NCBI GenBank assembly: GCA_965261975.1
Contig: CBDHEC010000051.1
Location: 128,001-192,000 of the forward strand
From: Alphaproteobacteria bacterium
Lineage (GTDB): Bacteria; Pseudomonadota; Alphaproteobacteria; UBA6615
DNA: 64,000 nt
Direction: 5' to 3'
Shown here: piece after piece, positions 58,905 to 64,000 of the stretch
How the letters are laid out: each line of letters begins with the position of its first letter
Numbering within the stretch: the first letter of the stretch is position 1
Notes under the pieces: generated by a model
The model's database searches: none
Told to the model about the DNA's origin: nothing
Seen by the model: the letters and a program-made list of their open reading frames with translations, nothing else
Made by a program: the position numbers and the translations under genes

Positions 58905-60028
58905 GTGCCGCATTCGGATAGCACCCGGTGGCGAAGTTTGGAAAGCCGTTCTTGCGAAGCAGCATAGCGCAAATCATCGACCAGCCGCCGCACATCGCGA
59001 ATCTGAAACAGCACGCGGCTCATCGAATAGCGAAGCTCCAGTGCTGAATCCTGGTTGCGAAGCGCAACAGTGATGTCACTCTCGATATCGGCGATCGGCG
59101 CGCGCAAGTCATCGCCGATCTCGTCGAGGACATCGCGACGCTTGGTCTCGAGGTCCTTCAACGCCTCATGCGTCTCGCGCAATTCGCGTGTCTGTTCCGC
59201 CACCGTAGCCTCGAGCTGCGAACGTGACACCATCGTATCGCGAAGACTTTTCGCCATCTCGTCGAAAGCGTGTGCCAACTCGCCCAGTTCGTCGGTACGG
59301 CGGGATGAAATCTTGACGCCGAAGTCGCCGGTGCCGATGGATTGCGTTGCACGCGCGAGTTCGCGGACAGGGCGGCTCATGCGTCCCGCCAGGAAGACTG
59401 CAGCTATTCCCGCCAACATCAGCGCGACAGCCAGCACCAACGCGAGGCGTAATTCGAGTTCTTGCAGCGCTGCGTCCGCCACCTTCGACAACTCGGCCTG
59501 CATCGCGGTTACCTCGGCACTGATATATTGCGCATTGAAGACGACCTCGACCGCGCCGAAGACATAGCCGTCCTCTACGATTGGTTCGATCACGCGCAGA
59601 TTCGCCTCATCGGTTTCCTGTCCGGGTTGTTTGCCTCGCAGTGCATCAACAACGCGTTGCGGGGCCGGATCGCCAAATCGCGGCAGTTTCTGTGAGCCAT
59701 CATGGAAGACCGTCTCGTCTCGCCCATAAACACTGACCGACCGCACGTCGTCTCGCTCGACAAGCGGACGGATGATGTTGCCAACTCCCGAGATATCTTC
59801 CGCAAAAAGCGGCTCCAACAGCCGTTCAGCCGTAATTCGTGCCGTCGAGACGGCCTGCGTGCGCGCATTCGAGGTCAAAACACTATCCAGCCGTTCGAGG
59901 TTCTCGATCTCAAAGGCATGCACGATACGGTCGATTGTCGCGCGCTGAGCGCCCAAAACGACAATGGCGACGCCCGCGACAAGCGCGACGAGTGTGAGGA
60001 CGTATTTGGTACGGAGCCTGAATTTCAT
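58883..60028 (-). CDS. Membrane HAMP sensor with degenerate HisKA/DHp (His>Asp) and no ATPase domain
   Basis: Two TMs, HAMP RPVREL...DELGELAHAFDEM, GDDLRAPI...RRLVDDL; the stop lies inside tRNA-Ser. Confidence 0.75.
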   Translation of the reverse strand: MKFRLRTKYVLTLVALVAGVAIVVLGAQRATIDRIVHAFEIENLERLDSVLTSNARTQAVSTARITAERLLEPLFAEDISGVGNIIRPLVERDDVRSVSVYGRDETVFHDGSQKLPRFGDPAPQRVVDALRGKQPGQETDEANLRVIEPIVEDGYVFGAVEVVFNAQYISAEVTAMQAELSKVADAALQELELRLALVLAVALMLAGIAAVFLAGRMSRPVRELARATQSIGTGDFGVKISSRRTDELGELAHAFDEMAKSLRDTMVSRSQLEATVAEQTRELRETHEALKDLETKRRDVLDEIGDDLRAPIADIESDITVALRNQDSALELRYSMSRVLFQIRDVRRLVDDLRYAASQERLSKLRHRVLSECGTEGWPSG

Positions 60029-60030
60029 CG

Positions 60031-60996
60031 TTAGCCTCCGTGACGCTGGCGCACGGCGTCACGGATCCGGTCTAGCGCAGCATCCGTTGCCGGATCGACT
60101 TCAACGTAGCGGCTGACCCCGAAGTATCTTTTCATTACCGGTGCGGCGGACTCATCAAGATGCATGGCCAGCAATACCTCGCGCAGCCTGGATTTCATCG
60201 CCGGCGGAAGAGAACGGCGAACCAACAGAACCGAACGCGGCACCCATTGGGTCAGATGAAACACACGAAGTTTGGGCCTGAAGCGTTCGGTCATCACCTC
60301 CGGATCGTCAAGATCTGTCTCACTGATAGCGCCCACATCCATGCGTCCGCGAACAACTGAACCGACAACATTCACTTCGGATCCCGAGAAGGCGTAAAGG
60401 ACCGTCATGTTGTCCGGGCTTCGAACCCCGACGGGGGACAGATCGAGGCCGGCATCCATGATCTCGAGATAGGGCAGAAAGAACCCGGACGTCGAACCCG
60501 GATCCTCGAATGCAACCGTGCGGCCGCGCAAGTCCGAGATTGATCTTATATCACTGTCTTTCTGCACGATCAGCGCGCTTCGGTATCGCGTCACGTTTCG
60601 TTTCCACTCGAGGAGCATGATTTCCATTTTGCCCGTGTTCTCGAGGCGCGCGGCGGTAAATACGGTTTCGGATATCACGTCGATCTCGCCGCGCGCAGCC
60701 GCCGCCAGGACGTTTTGAACGTCCGCGTCCATCACGATTTCCGCACGGGTTCGAAAGTCAGCACCCAACCGGTCCGTCAGATACTCTCCGAAGGCCATCA
60801 ATCGACCGGCGTGTTTTCGCGGGTTTCCCGATACCCGACCGATCGTCAGTGTCTTTTGCGGAGCGTGCATGGCCTTGTCGTCCGCGGCCCACGCCGCAGA
60901 GGTTGCCGCCGCCAGATCGACAAGCGCTAGAAACACCACACAGAAAGCGGGCAGGAAATACTGCCGCAGCAACGGACCGGGTTGATCGAGCATCAT
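60031..60996 (-). CDS. PhnD/phosphate-phosphite-phosphonate-type periplasmic binding protein
   Basis: YRSALIVQKDS, DLRGRTVAFEDPGSTSGFFLP; signal peptide. Confidence 0.85.
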   Translation of the reverse strand: MMLDQPGPLLRQYFLPAFCVVFLALVDLAAATSAAWAADDKAMHAPQKTLTIGRVSGNPRKHAGRLMAFGEYLTDRLGADFRTRAEIVMDADVQNVLAAAARGEIDVISETVFTAARLENTGKMEIMLLEWKRNVTRYRSALIVQKDSDIRSISDLRGRTVAFEDPGSTSGFFLPYLEIMDAGLDLSPVGVRSPDNMTVLYAFSGSEVNVVGSVVRGRMDVGAISETDLDDPEVMTERFRPKLRVFHLTQWVPRSVLLVRRSLPPAMKSRLREVLLAMHLDESAAPVMKRYFGVSRYVEVDPATDAALDRIRDAVRQRHGG

Positions 60997-61155
60997 TCTA
61001 TAATACCGCACCCGGAGGCGCCCAGGACGTGAAATCCTTTACTTCGTGACACAGGGCTTTTTCGCATAAACCCGACCTGAATCGCCATTCGAGTTGCCAA
61101 GTCGCCCCGGCCTTCCGATATTGCACAGACACAGCGGATAATCAGGTCACGAGCG

Positions 61156-61994
61156 ATGCCGAACGAAACAGCCATAGCCCCGTCTCATGTCCGGGCGGAC
61201 GTGAAGTATATGACTGACACCGGGGAGAAGCGGTTGATCTATATCCCGTCGGAAGCGGGACAGGACAATTCGAAATGGGCCGGCCTGTATGAAGACCGTG
61301 AGGTCGACATCCACAATGCACGCAACATGGCAGACCCCTTCGACCTCGACACCGCGGGCTTCGCCATCGTCTTGCAACCCAGTGCCGTGACCGACTTTTA
61401 TGACGATGTGCAGATCTCCGACACCTATGAAGACGAGATCGTGGCGCTTCTCGAGAACCGGACAGGCGCGAAGCACGTCCATATTTTCGATCACACGCGC
61501 CGAGCGGATTCAGAGTCAATGCGCGCGGAAAAAGTCGTCCGGGAACCCGCCGGAGTCATTCACAACGACTACACGCAAGCCTCCGCTGAAAAGCGCGTGC
61601 GCGATCTATTTCCGGCAGACGAGGCAGAGGACCTTTTTTGTCCCGTCGGTTTGCCATCGTCAATGTCTGGCGATCATCGAACAATGCGATGATCGAAACC
61701 GCACCGCTGGCCCTGTGTGATGCACGCAGCGTGCACGACAAAGACCTGATCACCGTGGAACGCCATTCGAAGGACCGAATTGGCGAGGTCCAGCAGGTCC
61801 TCTTCAATCCGGCCCACAAATGGTTCTACTACCCGGGTCTGCAAGCCGAAGAGGCATTGTTGATCAAGACATATGATTCCGCCGTCGACGGGCGAGCGCG
61901 CTTTTCTGTTCACACGGCGTTCGAGGACCCGTCGGCTTCGCCTGACGCGCCCCCGCGCGAAAGCATCGAGACCCGCGCGTTTGTGTTTTACTAG
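61156..61994 (+). CDS. CmcJ/NvfI/AsaB family oxidoreductase, frameshifted in the T6 run at 61634-61639
   Basis: FDLDTAGF, FDHTRR, IHNDYT / RFAIVNVWR, PLALCD, HTAF, RESIETR. Confidence 0.85.
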
Positions 61995-62030
61995 ATTGCC
62001 AGGACAGGCGAGCCGTCGCCGGGCAGGGCG

Positions 62031-62396
62031 CTATTCCGCCGCAGCACCGCGCAAGTCGCGCAGCGTGACAATATCCTGCAGAACATCGAAGGCGTTGCCT
62101 GGCAGTTCATAGAACTCGCCGCCAAACTTCCCGTCCTCGACCTCGACATTCGTGATGTTCACGAGGATCAGCACATCGCGATTCCGGTAGTCGGTAAACC
62201 GCAACTCAGCCAACTGGTCCACCTCAGGCCAGACAAGGTCCTTGGTCACCTGCTTTGCACCATCGGCGCCGAATCCCGACAAACCGATGTCGAGAATACG
62301 GATCGGTTGATCATCGAGCATTGCCTCGATGACGATCTCGCGGCGACGATCGCGGCGGCGATCACCACTCGTATACCCAATGACTCGTGTGGCCAT
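62031..62396 (-). CDS. Hypothetical protein, PilZ-like
   Basis: DRRRDRR followed by DIGLSG (RxxxR and DxSxxG-like). Confidence 0.55.
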   Translation of the reverse strand: MATRVIGYTSGDRRRDRRREIVIEAMLDDQPIRILDIGLSGFGADGAKQVTKDLVWPEVDQLAELRFTDYRNRDVLILVNITNVEVEDGKFGGEFYELPGNAFDVLQDIVTLRDLRGAAAE

Positions 62397-62547
62397 GTTT
62401 TGCCCATTCTTCTAACGCGATACACCACGTTCGCCGAAAGTCGTTAATCAAGGCTAAACGAACAGCTTCTCGGCTAGGCTGACGTGACATCGGAACGCCC
62501 CTCAGCCATAAACGGGGCTCTCCACGCAGGCGTACGAGGCAGTCGCA

Positions 62548-63789
62548 TTGGTCAAAGTCATCGTCCAGATGTACCCGGTTTTGCCGACGGCATCCGAGGA
62601 AGAGCGCATGGCGTTACGTCCCATCGGGCGGAATGCGGAGCTGTTCCAGCAGACCCTGCGCGGCTGGTGCGACATCGTGGAGGAGGCGGACAGGCTCGGC
62701 CTGTGGGGTGTCACGGCCATCGAGCATCACTTCCATTCCGAGGGATACGAGGTCAGCCCCAATCCCGGCGTGATGAACGCATTCTGGGGCGCGCGAACGG
62801 AAAATATTCGCGTCGGCCAGCTCGGCTATGTGATGAGCGCGCAGAACCCCATCCGGGTGGCCGAGGAAACGGCCATGCTCGATCACCTGACCGAGGGTCG
62901 TTGCTTCGTTGGTTTCTCACGCGGCTTCCAGTCCCGCTGGACAGATGTACTGGGTCAACATCTCGGCACGCGCGCCACCCTGTCCGACGGCGGCGCCGAC
63001 GACCAGCTTAACCGGGAGATATTCGAAGACGCCGTCGACATCGTGCGCAAGGCGTGGACCGAAGAAAGCATCGAACATAATTCGGCGCGCTGGCAGATCC
63101 CGTTTCCCCACGACACCGGTGTGCAAAACTGGCCCATGGCTGCGTGGACGGAAAAGCTGGGCGCGCCCGGAGAAATCGGTGCGGACGGCGAGGTGCGCCG
63201 GGTCAGTGTAGTCCCGGCACCGTACACAAACCCCCATCCGCCGGTCTTCATCGCTTCGAATGCCAGCCAGGAGACGGTTGAGTATGCCGGTCGTCACGGT
63301 TTCATCCCGGCGTACTTCTCACACATGGACAAGGTCGCCGATTTCGGGCCGGCCTATGTCGAAGCCGCGGGGCGGGCTGGACACCAGTTTTCCCTTGGCC
63401 AGAACCAGGCGATCGTGCGCATGCCGCGTATCGCCGGGAGCATGGCCGATGCCCGCCGGGCGGTCGCAGCCTATGACGGCCCGATCTACAAGCATTTCTA
63501 CGAGAACTTCCTGCCGGCCGGCCTCCGCGCCAAGGCCAACGTCCAGCCCGATACACCGCTGGAGGATCTCGTCGACCCGATGATCGACACCGGCCTGTTC
63601 GTACCGGGCACCGCCAGCCAGGTTCGCGAGCATTTCGTCGAACAGTGGAAACATCTGCCGGCGGAATACGTGATCCTGATCTATCACTACGCCCAGCAGC
63701 CAAAGGACAGTGTGATCGAGAACCTCAAGCTGTTCATGGAAGAGGTGAAACCCGCGCTGGATGAGCTCACGCCATACGCGGAAGACTGA
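62548..63789 (+). CDS. LLM class flavin-dependent oxidoreductase
   Basis: EHHFHSEG, PIRVAEETAMLDHLTEGR, PHPPVF. Confidence 0.9.
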   Translation: MVKVIVQMYPVLPTASEEERMALRPIGRNAELFQQTLRGWCDIVEEADRLGLWGVTAIEHHFHSEGYEVSPNPGVMNAFWGARTENIRVGQLGYVMSAQNPIRVAEETAMLDHLTEGRCFVGFSRGFQSRWTDVLGQHLGTRATLSDGGADDQLNREIFEDAVDIVRKAWTEESIEHNSARWQIPFPHDTGVQNWPMAAWTEKLGAPGEIGADGEVRRVSVVPAPYTNPHPPVFIASNASQETVEYAGRHGFIPAYFSHMDKVADFGPAYVEAAGRAGHQFSLGQNQAIVRMPRIAGSMADARRAVAAYDGPIYKHFYENFLPAGLRAKANVQPDTPLEDLVDPMIDTGLFVPGTASQVREHFVEQWKHLPAEYVILIYHYAQQPKDSVIENLKLFMEEVKPALDELTPYAED

Positions 63790-64000
63790 TCACCTACAGC
63801 CGCTTGCCCGCGGCGTCCGCAGCACCATGCAGCGCGGCCTTGGGCAACATCACATGACAACCCTTGTTCACGTTGACCAGCTGTGAAACCCGCACATCCG
63901 CGGCAAGGCTGCACAGGGAATAGGCGTCCTCTGCCGAGAGATTGGTGCGCTCCTGAATCAGCACAATCATATCCCGCAGCCCCTGCTTAGCCGCATCGTC

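Noticed and set aside
63925-63954. tRNA-3'-end-like fragments (GTCCTCTGCCG, TGGTGCGCTCC) as an att site
   Set aside because: Too short and imperfect; no integrase visible.

Overview
GC-rich alphaproteobacterial (Rhodospirillales-like) chromosome segment. The conserved backbone is nlpD(3' end)-DUF815 | yajC-secD-secF-Mth938 | phytoene-synthase-like | trmFO | uvrA<>ssb (SOS box) | qmcA-nfeD | gyrA-coaD-ppiase | tRNA-Lys | rsmJ | rhlE | tRNA-Leu x2 | recG<>sdhE-mfd | recQ | cfa | tRNA-Ser. Accessory genes are interleaved: two LLM flavin monooxygenases, tandem VOC and DUF1330 pairs, two MFS transporters, an arsC-aquaporin pair, and a two-ABC type I secretion locus with a divergent RTX protein. 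No CRISPR array, rRNA, integrase or transposase was seen. Most notable observations: (i) a PhnD-like binding protein paired with a HAMP sensor whose DHp histidine is replaced by Asp and which has no ATPase domain; (ii) an RTX gene that appears to start about 420 nt upstream of the called ORF and is interrupted by one in-frame TAG; (iii) two paralogous lipoprotein genes, each preceded by a copy of the uvrA 3' end; (iv) an uncalled 31-aa membrane peptide upstream of a PuuD-like gene; (v) five single-base frameshifts, all beyond 38 kb, most likely assembly errors. All family calls are from motif recognition by eye; no database search was run.
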